From contig NW_021835513.1 of assembly GCF_006345805.1 (NCBI RefSeq), forward strand, positions 1 to 58,795: a stretch of 58,795 bases of DNA, written 5' to 3'. Made by a program: the position numbers and the translations under genes. Below, piece after piece: positions 42,034 to 55,390 of the stretch (within the stretch, counting starts at the first letter, position 1; each line of letters begins with the position of its first letter). This DNA is from Octopus sinensis. Taxonomy: Eukaryota. Below the pieces are notes generated by a model, which saw nothing but the letters and a program-made list of their open reading frames with translations, did no database searches and was not told where the DNA came from.

Positions 42034-42503
42034 ATATATTCATATACATATATATATATATATATCGATATATCGAAAAATGAGTGAGTGTGCTCAACAT
42101 AGCATTCGTGGATTTAGGTTCTTTATTTGTTTATTAATTCTTCCATAGAGTGCTTGTTAAGGAATACATCAACAATTATTCACAGTGGAGAAACACATAT
42201 CACATATGAGATTCGCTTTTCGTCTCTGTTTTGGATTAAATCAAGTATTTCAATTTTTCGAATGTTGAATCAAGGTGAGATAATCACCCAAGAGACGTTC
42301 TTATTGATAACTTGTTTTTGTTTGTCCACGTGATTTTATTGTGACTTTTTGTAACTAATCGTGTTTTGATCCGCAATGGAAACGAACACCGAATTACCTA
42401 TGTGATAAATTCGAATAATTGTTTGTATTTCTTAACGTGATACCAATTGTAGCCTTAACACACAAACAAAATATATACATATATACAGACATTCAAACAT
42501 ATA

Positions 42504-43574
42504 TCTTATATATTAAAAGGCAAGTTGTCTGTGTGTTGTGTGAACCATTTCTACTCCTACAATTTTCAACCAAATTTCACCAAATTTGATATATGGGCTC
42601 TCTTTGACTTAGGACAATTTTTCTTATAATTTTGTCCTCGAAATTCCACACACACAACATAAATAGACTAATCTCAATTCGCCGAGGATTTGGCTTGAGC
42701 CAGAGAAAAAAAAAACGTGACAGGCATCCAACTGGAAAAAAATCAACACTTCACTTTCTTAGCTGTGTTGAAATCATTCAGACTGCTTCCAAGGTACTGC
42801 CAGGAATATTCATTTCCGAGTTACGATTTGCCTGTTTTCACGTGAGCGCTCTTTTTCACATAATTATTCCAACTTAAACTCACTACTTCAAAGATCTTAC
42901 TCAAAATTAAAAATCCTTAATTTGGTCCGTTTGATTAACATTTTTGCCAACTACATTTTACTGTTTTTGGAGTGCTACATATCTACCGCTTTTTCCTTAG
43001 GACATTTTCTATTGCGTTAACTGATAATTTTCCAACATGCCTCGACGCAAAAGGTCCAATGTAGGTCGGCAAACAAATGCTGCAAAGAAAAGTAAACGTA
43101 TGCGTGCAAATGAATCGGCCGAGGACGCCGCCAAGAAGGACACTGTCTAGGATGGCTTCTGCGCGAAGAAGGGAAAGTGAAGAGCAACGTTGTGATCGGT
43201 TAGCACGTATTGCTGCGCAACGAGCCGCCCAGAGCAACGAGCAACGTTCAGCGCGCCGAACAAGAAATTCTTCCTCTACTGCTACTGCATGAATTTCAGA
43301 TACTGCAGCACAACGCGAAGTTCGACTTACAAGAGATGCTTCCAAAACTGCTGCTGAACGAGCTGCAGAGACTGCAACACAACGTGCAGTTCAAGTTACA
43401 AGATATGCTGTAGCAACTGTTGCTGCGTGCGTTACGGAAACTACAGGGGAAAAACAACAACAACTGGAGGCTACAACTCAGTGTAGGGCTGCACCACGTT
43501 CCTGCTTAAGGCTATGCTCTTCATGTTGGTCAATGGCAGCATTCAACTACGAATTTTCAATTGACTACAGTAAT
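42504..43574 (+). mobile_element. Helitron 5' portion
   Basis: Begins A|TCTTATATATTAAAAGGCAAG, followed by a GTCTGTGTG stretch and CAACCAAATTTCACCAAATTT typical of Helitron 5' ends. It leads into a decayed RepHel ORF. Confidence 0.7.
43037..43574 (+). pseudogene. Helitron RepHel N-terminus with STPR-like repeats, one frameshift and one stop
   Basis: MPRRKRSNVGRQTNAAKKSKRMRANES.. / RRESEEQRCDRL..QSNEQRSARR..*ISDTAAQREVRL..AETATQRAVQV..ETTGEKQQQL..AAFNYEFSIDYSN. The MPRRKRSN.GR start and AAFNY...IDYS motif are characteristic of animal Helitron ORFs. Confidence 0.75.
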
Positions 43575-43923
43575 ACTGAACGCTGGGAGAAACATTTTAT
43601 TTGAAAAGAGAAAAGATATAGGAGAGAGAGAAAAACACATCCGTACTTTTAAACCTCCGTGCAGGAAAAAGAAAGATGGTTACGTGAAGAAAAGAAAGAA
43701 AGACGGACGTTGCTCACGTGTGAGCAACGAGAAAGAGTGAGAGAGAAAAAGAGAAAGAGGCCAGGGAGAGGGGCAGATAGGAAATGGTGAAGGAGGAAGG
43801 GAAGAAAAAGAGTGTTAGAGAAGGAACGAGGAAGAAAATAGAATAGAGTAGAGAGTCGCATCAAAAAGGTGAAGATAAACTTACCTGGAAACGGATGCGT
43901 CGAGTTCAATTAAATAATAAATA

Positions 43924-43954
<31 letters not shown>

Positions 43955-44404
43955 ATATATATATAATATATATATATATATACACATGCATATATGGGTA
44001 TATGTATACATGTGTGTCCCTCTGTCTGTCTGTCTGTCTGACTCTCTCTCTTATATATATATGCGTGTGCGTGTGTGTGTGTGCGTGAAATGTATTATAC
44101 ACTAACTAAAAATGACAGAATGACTGGGAGAAAAGAACCCGGAGGATAAGATTTCGGTTCCTGGACATAATTTAGTAATTCAGATTGTTAGAAACTTTAT
44201 TGATTGATTTTATGCACTACTTACGCTTTTACTCTCTTTTTCTCTCCCCTCCGCCGTCAACACCGGCGTAAATTACGCGCAGAAATACCCCCCCTCCCCC
44301 ACACACACAAACACACATAAGCAGACATACACTTATACACACCTACACAAATACACATATGTACATGTCACTATCTGAATATCTATCTATCTATTTATCC
44401 ATTC

Positions 44405-44481
<77 letters not shown>

Positions 44482-44613
44482 CCTATCTATCTATCTCACT
44501 CTCTCTATATATATTTATATATATATCTATGTATATATCTATCTATCTATATCCCATCTATTTGTCTAGCTATTTATCTATCATCTATATATATATATAT
44601 ATATATATATATC

Positions 44614-44683
<70 letters not shown>

Positions 44684-45069
44684 ATCTATCTATCTATCTC
44701 TATCCTTGTATATATGCGTCTGTGTGCATGTTTTTATGTATATGAACTCATGTGCACGTGTGCGTGTGTGTATATATTTGTGTGTAAATTTATTCATCAT
44801 AGTCTGACAGAATGTTGCCATGCTCGTAAAAAAAAGGAGGTCAGCTGGCCTAGACAATAACTGTTCTTCGTTCCGTTATATTTCTTGTCATTGATATTAT
44901 TGTTGTTGTCTTTAGCTTTAAGCCATCCCTATTCTAATTGACCAATGGCCGTAGCGGTTCACAAAAGATGTCAGATTTCTTCTGAATTACAAATTAATGT
45001 ATGTGATGCGCCTTTCTTTTGTTAAACGCTTGACTGTCCAACGGAGATTCGTTTCTTATATAAGACCAG

Positions 45070-45485
45070 GGATGGCTGTATGGTTAGTAAATCTCGCTTT
45101 GCTACCACTTGGTATGGGATCAGCATTACTGTTCGGCACTTTGAGCAGAGAAAGTGTCGTCTGTGATGGATTTGGTTGACGGAAACTGAAAGAAGCTCAA
45201 CATGCATATATGTGCCTGTGTTTATGTGTGTGTGATTGTGTGCGCATGGCAACCAGTATTGGTTTGTTTACGTCCGCGGTGCGGCAAAGTGGAGCGAGAA
45301 GATAATAACAGGTTTAAAAACAAAAACAAAAGCAAGCAAACAAACAAAAGAAAAAAGGAGGAAACAAACAAACAAAGTAAAATAAAATAAGTAAGTACTG
45401 GTGTCGAATCGCTCGACTCTAATCTCTTCAATACAGTGCCCCAGCATGGCCGCAGTTCAAAGACAGAAACGAGTAAAAGAGAAGA
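45070..45485 (+). mobile_element. Old diverged SINE-B copy; other fragments at about 21010-21230, 23400-23535, 30525-30810, 32740-32880, 34420-34620, 37040-37165 and 54283-54400
   Basis: GGATGGCTGTATGGTTAG head, GGATTTGGTTGACGGAAACTGAAAGAAGC, CCAGCATGGCCGCAGT, GAAACGAGTAAAAGA. Confidence 0.75.
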
Positions 45486-45912
45486 TAAAAGGAAAGACAG
45501 GACTGCCTAAATAGCGGTCTTCTAAATTATGTTTTTTTCGACGCACCGAAAAGATGAAAAGCAATGCTGCACTTGACTGGGTTCGAACTTAAAGTGAATC
45601 CAGCCGTGGCCAACATGCAGTTGCTCCAACTATACATGCAGCTGCAAAATGTGACGTAGTAGTGGCAGAAGTAGAAGTACGAATAGTAGTAGGAGCTGCT
45701 TCAGAGGCGCCAGTAGTGTTTTTGCTTGTCACGAAGGAACATGCTCAACTGGTTGAGTTTAAACAACTGACAGGCAAATCTGGGGTATTGAGCAAAATAT
45801 TTGGTGTAGTCCATCTTTTACACCAAAGCAAAACATCATACCATTTCCAATCAGTTAAGATCAAAAGCTATGAGAGCCAGTGCCTGGTATTGCATCAGGG
45901 CAGTTATTAATT

Positions 45913-46772
45913 ATTTATTTATTGCCCACAGGGTGCTGAACACAGAAGGGACAAACAAGGAAAGACAAAGGGATGAAGTGGATTACCTCGACCCCAGTGC
46001 GTAACTGGTACTTAATCTATCGACCCTGAAAGGATGACAGGCAAAGTCGACCTCGGCGGAATTTGAACTCGGAACGTAACGGCAGACGAAATAGCGCTAA
46101 GCATCTCGCCCGGCGTGATAACGATTCTGCCAGCTCCCTGCAGTTATTAATATTCTTAAGGAGGCGAGCTGGCGGAAACATTAGCACGCCAGGCGAAATG
46201 CTTTGCGGTATTTCGTCTGCCGTTACGTTCTGAGTTCAAATTCCGCCGAGGTCGACTTTGCCTTTCAACCTTTCGGGCTCGATAAATTAAGTACCAGTTA
46301 CGCACTGGGGTCGATGTAATCGACTTAATCCGTTTGTCTGTCCTTGTTTGTCCTGTCTCTGTTTAACCCCTTGTGGATAGTAAAGAAATAGGTATTTCGA
46401 CGGCCGCTACGTTCTGAGTTCAAATTCCGCCGAGGGTCGACTTTACCTATCATTATTTCGGGTTCGATAAATTAAGTACCAGTTACGCACTGGGGTCGAT
46501 GTAATTGACTGGTCCCTCCCCCAAATTTCAGGCCTTGCGCCTACAGTTGACAGCATTATTATTATATTCTAAAAGTGGCGAGCTCTGGCAGAATGGTGCC
46601 TGTAGAAATACTTAGCTGAATGTCGCTCATTGCTACGTTCTGAAGGTCGCCTTTGCCTTGCATTCTAACGGGGTCGATAAATTAAGTACCAGAGAAACAC
46701 TGGAGTCGATGGAATCGACTTATCCCCTCCCTTCCCTCAAATTTCAGACTTTATGCCTGTAGTACAAAAGAC
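45913..46772. mobile_element. Head-to-head SINE-C cluster: - copy 45913-46140, + dimer 46160-46563, decayed + copy 46573-46772
   Basis: Family C sequence on both strands. GCAGTTATTAAT at 45900-45911 and 46140-46151 brackets the minus copy. Confidence 0.88.
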
Positions 46773-46776
46773 TCTC

Positions 46777-46974
46777 CTTCTTCTTCTTCTTCTTCTTCTT
46801 CTTCTTCTTCTTCTTCTTCTTCTTCTTCTTCTTCTTCTTCTTCTTCTTCTTCTTCTTCTTCTTCTTCTTCTTCTTCGTCATTCTTCATCATCATTATATC
46901 ATTCTTCTTCTTCCTTCTTCTTCTTCTCTCTTTTCTTCTTCTTCTTCGTCATTCAATCTTCTTCTTCTTCTTCG

Positions 46975-47036
<62 letters not shown>

Positions 47037-47080
47037 TTCCTCTTCTTCTTTTTCTGCATAGTAGTAGTAGTAGTAGTAGT
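46777..47080. repeat. Pure (CTT)~33 run followed by (CAT)n and (TAG)n
   Basis: Direct reading. Confidence 0.95.
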
Positions 47081-47805
47081 TTTCCACAGCTATAAATCGT
47101 TGTATTATGTTTGAAAGTATAAAATGACAAAAAAACAAAAAAAACAACAAAAGGAACACAAGATATGGATTCGTAGAAAATCGCATCACTTCATTATAAA
47201 GGAGAGAAGAAAGGGAGATAACGAATGTTGATATGAAATGGCGTTGAGTCTGTGAGCGATTGTGGGGGAAGATAGGCGGGAGAAGGGGGGGGGAAGGCAG
47301 CGCTGATAAATAACAACAACATTAATAACTGTAAACATAAACTATAATAATCACTCTCTCACTTAATCTCTCTCTTTTTCTTTCTGACTTTCTTTCTCTG
47401 TCTCTCTCCCCGCTCCCGCTGAAATAATACGATAATACACAAATGGACGCCCTGAAACATTTCACAGGAAACGGGGGAGGTTTTGGGGCGAGGGTGGGAT
47501 TCAAGGCGAGATAGGGGGAGCTGTGGGGAGCGGGGAGCTGGGGGGGAGTCTCTGTGGGAAAATTTTATTGAAGCGAAATTTTACAAATACAATTATTTTA
47601 ATTGATTATATTTTGAAAAACTATATATAAAGCACACACATATATATATAATGCATGCATATATATATACTTGTATGTTTATGCATATATATTTATACGT
47701 CTGATATCCGTGAATAAATATATATATGAATATATATATGGGTATATATATATGGGTATATATATGTATGAGTATGTATATACATATATATGTATATATA
47801 TATAC

Positions 47806-47837
<32 letters not shown>

Positions 47838-47939
47838 TCATATTATATATATATATATGTGTGTGTGTGCGTGTGTTTGTTGTGTATTGAGAGTGTGAAA
47901 TATATATATATATGCATAAATATATCGCATATTACGTAT

Positions 47940-47985
<46 letters not shown>

Positions 47986-48088
47986 TCATATATGCATAAT
48001 GTATATATAATTACATACATACATTTATATACGTGTGTGTATATATAAATGTAACCATACATAGAAACACACACACATACATACATAC

Positions 48089-48164
<76 letters not shown>

Positions 48165-48484
48165 AAAATATAAATATATATGTATATATGTGTAGTTGTT
48201 TATGTGTGTGTTTGTGTGCATTTTGTATTTGTTTGTGTTTTGTTTTTGCAGGAGATTTGATTAATTATCGTATTGCATGAATGCTTTGTTTCTTTTATAT
48301 CCGCCTCTCTATCACTTTCTGTTCTTCAGCTTCAAAAACAATTTTGATCGTGTCATTAATTATTAAATATTAATAGCACATATTCTGTTCTATTCAACGA
48401 AGTCTTCCATGTTTATTGCTAGTCTGTTGTAGCGGGGCTTATAGCTTTTCAAGATATTCCTGTCCTCGTAGCACATATACATAC

Positions 48485-48640
48485 ATTATTAGTTGTCACC
48501 TCTTCTTCGACAAAGACATCAAGGAATTGTTTTTGCTTCGCCTCTTTCTTTGCGTCATAAATAACTCTTCATTCCAGCTTTCAACTTCATCACTTCACCA
48601 CAAAGTGTGCAGTTCAAACCAACTTCTCGGGGGTTCCTGG
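48485..48640 (-). pseudogene. Probable RTE-clade LINE 3' end (terminal zinc finger remnant)
   Basis: Minus strand CTLCGEVMKLKAGMKSYL*RK resembles the C..CG....S..GL.SH.R finger ending RTE ORF2. It is followed by a short 3' UTR and a TAA-like tail. Confidence 0.4.
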
Positions 48641-49687
48641 ACCTGATTCATACCATCATGGCCTCATATAAGAGTAAGCCACTGCTTGCTTCCCTCTTCC
48701 GAATTGGTGTTTTATACGATGTTTGCTGAATTCCTTCCCTCTCAAATAACAAGTAACGCGATTTTTATTCTTGTCTACCAACTGTTATTTCCTATTTGCC
48801 TACCCTTAAAAAGTCTGAAAAATGGCTAATATTCCTTCAAAATTTGCTTATGTTACGTTTATTCAAACCCCACAGAAACTCTCTCAACATATGGGTATGG
48901 TACCCTTCCACTACTCCTACTCATGATCAGAGATTCAGATATTAAACAGTAAGGGACATGCTCAACTCGTTAAGGTCAAACAACTGACAAACATGTCAGA
49001 CGTACTGAACAAAATATTTGTTATCACAATGTTTCTGCTTCGGCAACCCAGCGCTGAATCTGTCTGAAAAGTAATGGAAAATAGATCAGTTTCAAAACAT
49101 TGATGTGCAGATCACCGAAGCAACGTGTGAAGGGAATAAAAGTCATTTCCTTTGATTTGTAGATTCAAGCAAATACGAAATAATACCTACTGACCTAAGA
49201 CAAAAATAAAATAAAATAAAATTAAAATTTGCTGCATCATCTAAGATTATTTTTCTCCATTTTACTTCATTAGCATCTTGGTCTTCCCAAATCTCAATAG
49301 AAATGACACATTTCTTGAAATTCATATTAAGACGGTTTTAGAATTTAGAGATTTCCCTGTTTCCTTTTTCGTCATCGAACAAGTATTCTGGAATTCTGGT
49401 ATTGTTCGAACCACATCAAAACACTCCGAACGATGATGGCTTCCGGGCTAATCATTGGAGATTTCGCTACAGCTTCAGTATCCGCGGTATGTATGATCCA
49501 CTTCTCGTTCAGTAAATGTTTCCAACAGATTTGTTGGAACTGTTCGAATATCTTAATCAGGCTTTTGTAGAACATTCAAGATTCACCGACAAAGGATAAA
49601 ACTGGGAGTACACTAGTTTTGTAGATGTATATATTTGTGCTTAATATCATCCGGTGTTACGGTCAAATCATATACATATATACATAG

Positions 49688-49756
<69 letters not shown>

Positions 49757-49863
49757 CATATATATAGAGATAGAGAGATAGAGAGAGAGTGAAAGAGAGA
49801 GAGAGAAAGAGAGTGAAACAACTTGTTTTAAATCTGTGAGCAAGAGATATATAGTAACAGCAC

Positions 49864-50219
49864 CGGATAATAATGTTTATATGCCAACAGAATGTGGCAG
49901 TCTTATACAGGACAATGCTACTGTTATTTTAGCCCTAGGAAAACATTTTTCCAGCTGGCTCTCGACACACCGTTTGTGACAGTATAGCAGTAACTTGTCA
50001 ATGTCTCACACTGAGGATGGATAACATTCAGAAACCTCGGTCTGTGAGTATCACCTAAGGCTAGAGTTGGGAGCTATGACTTACCATGGAAATACTATAT
50101 GGACGCAAATTGTGTGTCGATAGCCTGCTGGAAAAGATGTTTTCCTGGGGATAAAAGAACAGTAATATCGTCCTTTATAGGACTGCCACATTCTGTTGAC
50201 AAATAAACAATACGGTCCG
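49864..50219. mobile_element. ~355 bp fold-back element with ~120-135 bp inverted arms enclosing a hammerhead
   Basis: CAACAGAATGTGGCAGTC.TATA.AGGAC..TACTGTT.TTTTA.CCC.AGGAAAACAT..TTCCAGC.GGCT.TCGACACAC is mirrored at about 50095-50209. Confidence 0.85.
50005..50048 (+). ncRNA. Intact type I hammerhead ribozyme
   Basis: Stem I CTCACA/TGTGAG (6 bp); CTGAGGA 50011-50017; stem II TGGAT-AAC-ATTCA; GAAA 50031-50034; stem III ACC-TC-GGT; GTC triplet, predicted cleavage after 50042. Confidence 0.85.
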
Positions 50220-50283
50220 ATTTATCAAGAGAGTTTTTACAAATTCGATTTGGAGATGTATAAATTTCGCATTCTTAATAATT

Positions 50284-50403
<120 letters not shown>

Positions 50404-50497
50404 TATTTATTATTAGCTATTATTATTATTATTATTATCTATTATTAGTATCTATTATTATTATTATTATTACTATTATTATTATTATTATTATTAC

Positions 50498-50548
<51 letters not shown>

Positions 50549-51350
50549 CATCATCATCTATTATTATTATTTATAAAGTCTAATAATTTTATATATCTAT
50601 CTATTTTTAAATGTTTAATAATTGATATTCACTATTTAATAAATTTTTATATATATATATATGTATATATATATAAAGAGAGATTGGGAGAGAGAAGAAG
50701 AGAGACAGGCACACAATGAGGAAGAGAGAGGCACAAAGCGAGAGAGAGATAAACGCACGAATATTAACATAAAAATATGCATATATACGTATGTGCATGT
50801 GCGTATCGGCATATGTGATCAGATATGGTGTATATTAAAATATTAAGAGCCCTTAACTATATTAAAGAGTGAGTCATTAACATAATGACAATCATTCTGC
50901 TAATCGATTAAGCAATACTGCAAGTTTCATGCAATATCGTTACGCTTTATGCTCCTCAGACTGCAGGTTTTGGATTTATGTAAAACACAACAAAGATGGA
51001 GGCTGAGTAATTTGTGCGAGTAGGGGAAAACGCTTCTTTTTAAATAAGAGGGGAATTTAATAGAGTTGTAGTATAACACATGGGTGGCAAAGAAAAATGG
51101 TAGCGTAAGGTTTTTTTTTTTTCGATGTGTAGAAAATCAGGAGCTCGTAAGACAGAAAGTTTACGGATTCTGGGGTGCATGTAGGCAAAGAGTAGTTAGA
51201 AAGACAGGAAGACCAGAGGGAGGGTGCGAAAATTGGTAGAAAGGAGATATAGAAAGGCAGAATGGAAAAGAGAAAGAAGGGGACATACCCAAGCGATAGA
51301 TACTTCCCTCGCTAAGTCTATCTATCTATCTATCTATTTTATCGACAACA

Positions 51351-51965
51351 CAGTATAGTAGGGTCAGTCGGACACCGTCTGTGAGAAGAACAACACAACG
51401 AAACTATTAACTGTGCCAGGAATTTGGAAACTACATGCTGTACTGATTGGAAACCGCGCCAGAGTCTCCAATAAGAACATATCAGACTGTTTGCGTGTCG
51501 ATATGAGGACAGTGCGAACTCAGGACCTGTACCGAGAGTGATAAAATACAAACATGAAGTGCCTGGAGGAGGTAGTACTGCCCTGAGTCAAGAGGGTAGA
51601 TGCTGGAAGGCCATAAGTCTGGCAAAAGGACTCTGTACCATGCCACACAAGCAGGAGAACCCGGCCATGTCTGTCAGACAATTTCTGCGACCACATCACT
51701 CGTAACATCTGGCCATGTAACTCCCCAGACTGCAACCCCCTTGATTATTATGTGTGGGGTGCAGTTGAGCGAGAGACCAACAAAATTCCTTGTAACACCA
51801 AAAATGAACTGAAGGCAAGGATTATGACAGCATTCACCAACTTAAACAAAGAGACCGACTTTCGGAAACATTTCTTCACGACAGAGTTGCAGGATATTCC
51901 GAAGACGTCTTGAGGGCGAGCTTGGAGCCAATGGAGATTTTATTGAATAAATTTAATCCTTTGTA
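51351..51965 (+). pseudogene. Tc1/mariner DD37D (maT-type) transposase remnant, internally deleted
   Basis: From 51557: KCLEEVVLP*VKRVDAGRP*VWQKDSVPCHTSRRT..IWPCNSPDCNPLDYYVWGAVERETNK..ELKARI..FRRRLE....ANGDFIE* (stop at 51950). I count 37 residues between the second and third catalytic Asp. Confidence 0.85.
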
Positions 51966-51967
51966 TT

Positions 51968-52380
51968 TACTCTCTTTTACTCTTTTACTCTTTTACTTGT
52001 TTCAGTCATGTGACTGCGGCCATGCTGGAGCACCGCCTTTTTAGTCTAGCAAATCGACCCCGGGATTTATTTGTAAGCCCAGTATTTATTCTATCGGTCT
52101 CTTTTGCCGAACCGCTAAGTGACGGGGACGTAAACACACCAGCATCGGTTGTCAAGCAATACTAGGGGGACAAACACAGACACACAAACACACACACACA
52201 TATATATATACATATATACGACAGGCTTCTTTCAGTTTCCGTCTAACAAATCCACTCACAAGGCATTGGTCGGCCCGCGGCTATAGCAGAAGACACTTGC
52301 CCAAGATGCCACGCAGAGGGATTGAACCTGGTTTGTAAGCATGTGGTTTGTAAGCAAGCTACTTACCACACAGCCACTCC
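51968..52380 (-). mobile_element. SINE family B inserted just 3' of the transposase stop
   Basis: Family B sequence with a (TACTCTTT)n tail. Confidence 0.9.
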
Positions 52381-52711
52381 ACTTTCAAGATATTTTTATG
52401 TAATCTTGATTAGGTATTAATCACCTCTAATAGCAAGTTATGGTTTAGTCTTTGATGAGACTGAACTCCGTGATATTCAACCAAGAGTAAAGATGTGTTG
52501 TGTGATTGTATTTTGTCTGTATGTAAATTTGAGCGAAACGGAATATCAGTGAATCTGTTGTTACAAACATGGAATCTGCGTTGCATCTTCATCTTTTCCT
52601 CGTTTTCTATATAAGTATATTCACTCACACGTATGCACATACACACGGGGACACGCGCATATAGAGGCACATACATATATGCGAATTTATTTCTATCAAT
52701 CTCTTTCTTTC

Positions 52712-52796
<85 letters not shown>

Positions 52797-52943
52797 ATAC
52801 ATTTATATATGTATGTATGTATATATATATTTATCTCTATATATACATATATATACATACATAGATATACACACATATATGTATATGTATATAATATTTA
52901 TTTATATATATACATATATATATATGTATATATATAGATATAC

Positions 52944-53018
<75 letters not shown>

Positions 53019-53120
53019 TAAATGCACGCACATACATAATTATATACATAGATGAACTAATATATATATATGTACTAATCTATGTGCACTACGCATGATT
53101 GTACTATATATATATATATA

Positions 53121-53161
<41 letters not shown>

Positions 53162-53209
53162 GTGTGTGTATGTACGAATATATATATATTGTATATGTAT
53201 ATGTATATG

Positions 53210-53246
<37 letters not shown>

Positions 53247-54005
53247 TTTTGTGTCTGTGTGCGCACACATATAGACACATACACACACTCATACACATTC
53301 ATACACACATTCGTACACACACAGTATATATGGCGGCGTGTACCTAGATTGATAATTTATCAACTCGCCATTAACTGCCTTGTTCAACGTTTAGCTTCGC
53401 ATCTCGCATCTAAGAAGTGTGGGGGAAAACACATCTAAATATCTTATTAAGTAAAGCATAATGATCATATCACAGGAATTTTATGAACGTTCCCATTAAA
53501 ATAGACACCATAGAAGAAAACACACGTGAATTGATGTGTAAACTCGCGCTATGATGTCGTTATAACAAGACTGTAGCATTTAATTGTAACCGCAGGATAT
53601 AGCGAACGCTGTATTCTTTAATCAACTACATGAAACAAATTTACATTTTTATTCCTTTCGCTGTTCCGGTCTTTATATTTTTTGTTATTTTGATATTTCT
53701 TCTAGCACACATATTTTATGCTTTTGTGAACATTTGAATGTATGAACAACAGGTGTTGTTTTGTTTTATAGTTGTCTGTTGAATGAAAGTCATAGATATT
53801 GGATCACGGGACGGAGAATTGATTGTCATAGAGAAAAAAAAATATTAAAATAAAAATGAGTTTTAAATGATTTTGGTTTTTAACAAATTGGCTACAGTGT
53901 TGCGTAAAATCCAGTAGAGTTTCTATTCACAAAAGCGTTACGGTTATACAAGAATACCAGGCACTAATCGCTGGAACTTAACAGTCAAAGTCTTTCAATT
54001 CTATG

Positions 54006-54225
54006 TAGAAGGGGGTACTGAAAAGTTTCTGGCTTTAAGTTTCTCGCGAAAGGCCTAGCTTGAGGCCCACCCTTCCGAGTATTTTTACAATGCTTTTAAA
54101 AACTGAAGGATTGCTGTAATAAGTGTGTGAGCCTGAGACTGGAATATGTTGCATAAAATCCTAATTAATGATTCTCCTCTATTTCCTGTTACTGAAAACC
54201 AGGAATTTTCCAGAAAACCCTCGTA
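54006..54225 (+). mobile_element. Mariner-derived MITE
   Basis: Imperfect TIRs TAGAAGGGGGTACTGAAAAGTTTCTGGCTTT / AAAACCAGGAATTTTCCAGAAAACCCTCGTA with TA ends. The interior encodes KLKDCCNKCVSLRLEYVA*, like the mariner C-terminus KL..RW.KC....G.Y.E. Confidence 0.8.
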
Positions 54226-54531
54226 ATGCACATTGCGTACAGTATTTTAAATTTTTCCAAGTTTCTATTCATATGAATTTCATGTGGCTTTATGGTTGGG
54301 TACGAAAGTAACTTTGCAACTGCGTGGCATCGGTTTCATTCCCACTACGCGGCAACCTAGGCTAGTGTCTTCTCTACAGCCCAGGATTGACCAATTCCAT
54401 GTGAGAGAATGTAGCCTGCATTATTTCCTAAATATCCACAGATACGCGTACCTCATCATTTCTTAGACTTTCTGTTTCGCAGTCATACACAGAATGATTT
54501 CTTTTAATATACATTCTGTTAGATACTGTGA

Positions 54532-55390
54532 GGCGGCGAGCCGGCAGAATCGTTACCTATTTCTTTACTACCCACAAGGGGCTAAACACAGAGAGGAGAA
54601 ACAAGGACAGACAAACGGATTAAGTCGATTATATCGACCCCAGTGCGTAACTGGTACTTATTTAATCGACCATGAAAGAATGAAAGGCAAAGTCGACCTC
54701 GGCGGAATTTGAACTCAGAACGTAGCAGCAGACGAATTACGGCTACGCATTTCGCCCGGCGTGCTCAGAACGTAGCGGCAGACGAAATACCTATTTCTTT
54801 ACTATCCACAAGGGGCTAAACACAGAGAGAACAAACAAGGAAAGACAAACGGATTAAGTCGATTATATTGACCCCAGTGCGTAACTAGTACTTATTTAAT
54901 CGACCCCGAAAGGATGAAAGGCAAAGTCGACCTCGGCGAAATTTGAACTTAGAACGTAGCGGCAGACGAAATACCTATTTCTTTACTATCCACAAGGGGC
55001 TAAACACAGAGAGGACAAACAAGGAAAGACAAACGGATTAAGTCGATTATATTGACCCCAGTGCGTAACTAGTACTTATTTAATCGACCCCGAAAGGATG
55101 AAAGACAAAGTCGACCTCGGCGAAATTTGAACTTAGAACGTAGCGGCAGACGAAATACCTATTTCTTTACTATCCACAAGGGGCTAAACACAGAGGGGAC
55201 AAACAAGGATAGACAAACGGATTAAGTCGATTTTATCGACCCCAATGTGTAACTGGTACTTATTTAATCGACCCCGAAAGGATGAAAGGCAAAGTCGACC
55301 ACGGCGAAATTTGAACTCAGAACGTAACGCAGATGAAATACTGCTACGCATTTCGCCCGGTGTGCTAACGTTTCTGCCTGCTCGCTGCCT
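54532..55390 (-). mobile_element. SINE-C tandem array, 4 units, period 184 bp, capped by a short inverted head
   Basis: Junction GACGAAATAC|CTATTTC at about 54790, 54974 and 55158; full head at about 55340-55390; plus-strand head fragment at 54532-54555. Confidence 0.92.

Noticed and set aside
49345-49575. Segment open on both strands with a GTATGT donor-like site
   Set aside because: No recognisable protein similarity; cannot be supported as an exon without RNA-seq.
51000-51320. Possible Helitron 3' end (..CTCGCTAAGT)
   Set aside because: No proper subterminal hairpin or CTAG, and it is far from the 42.5 kb Helitron.
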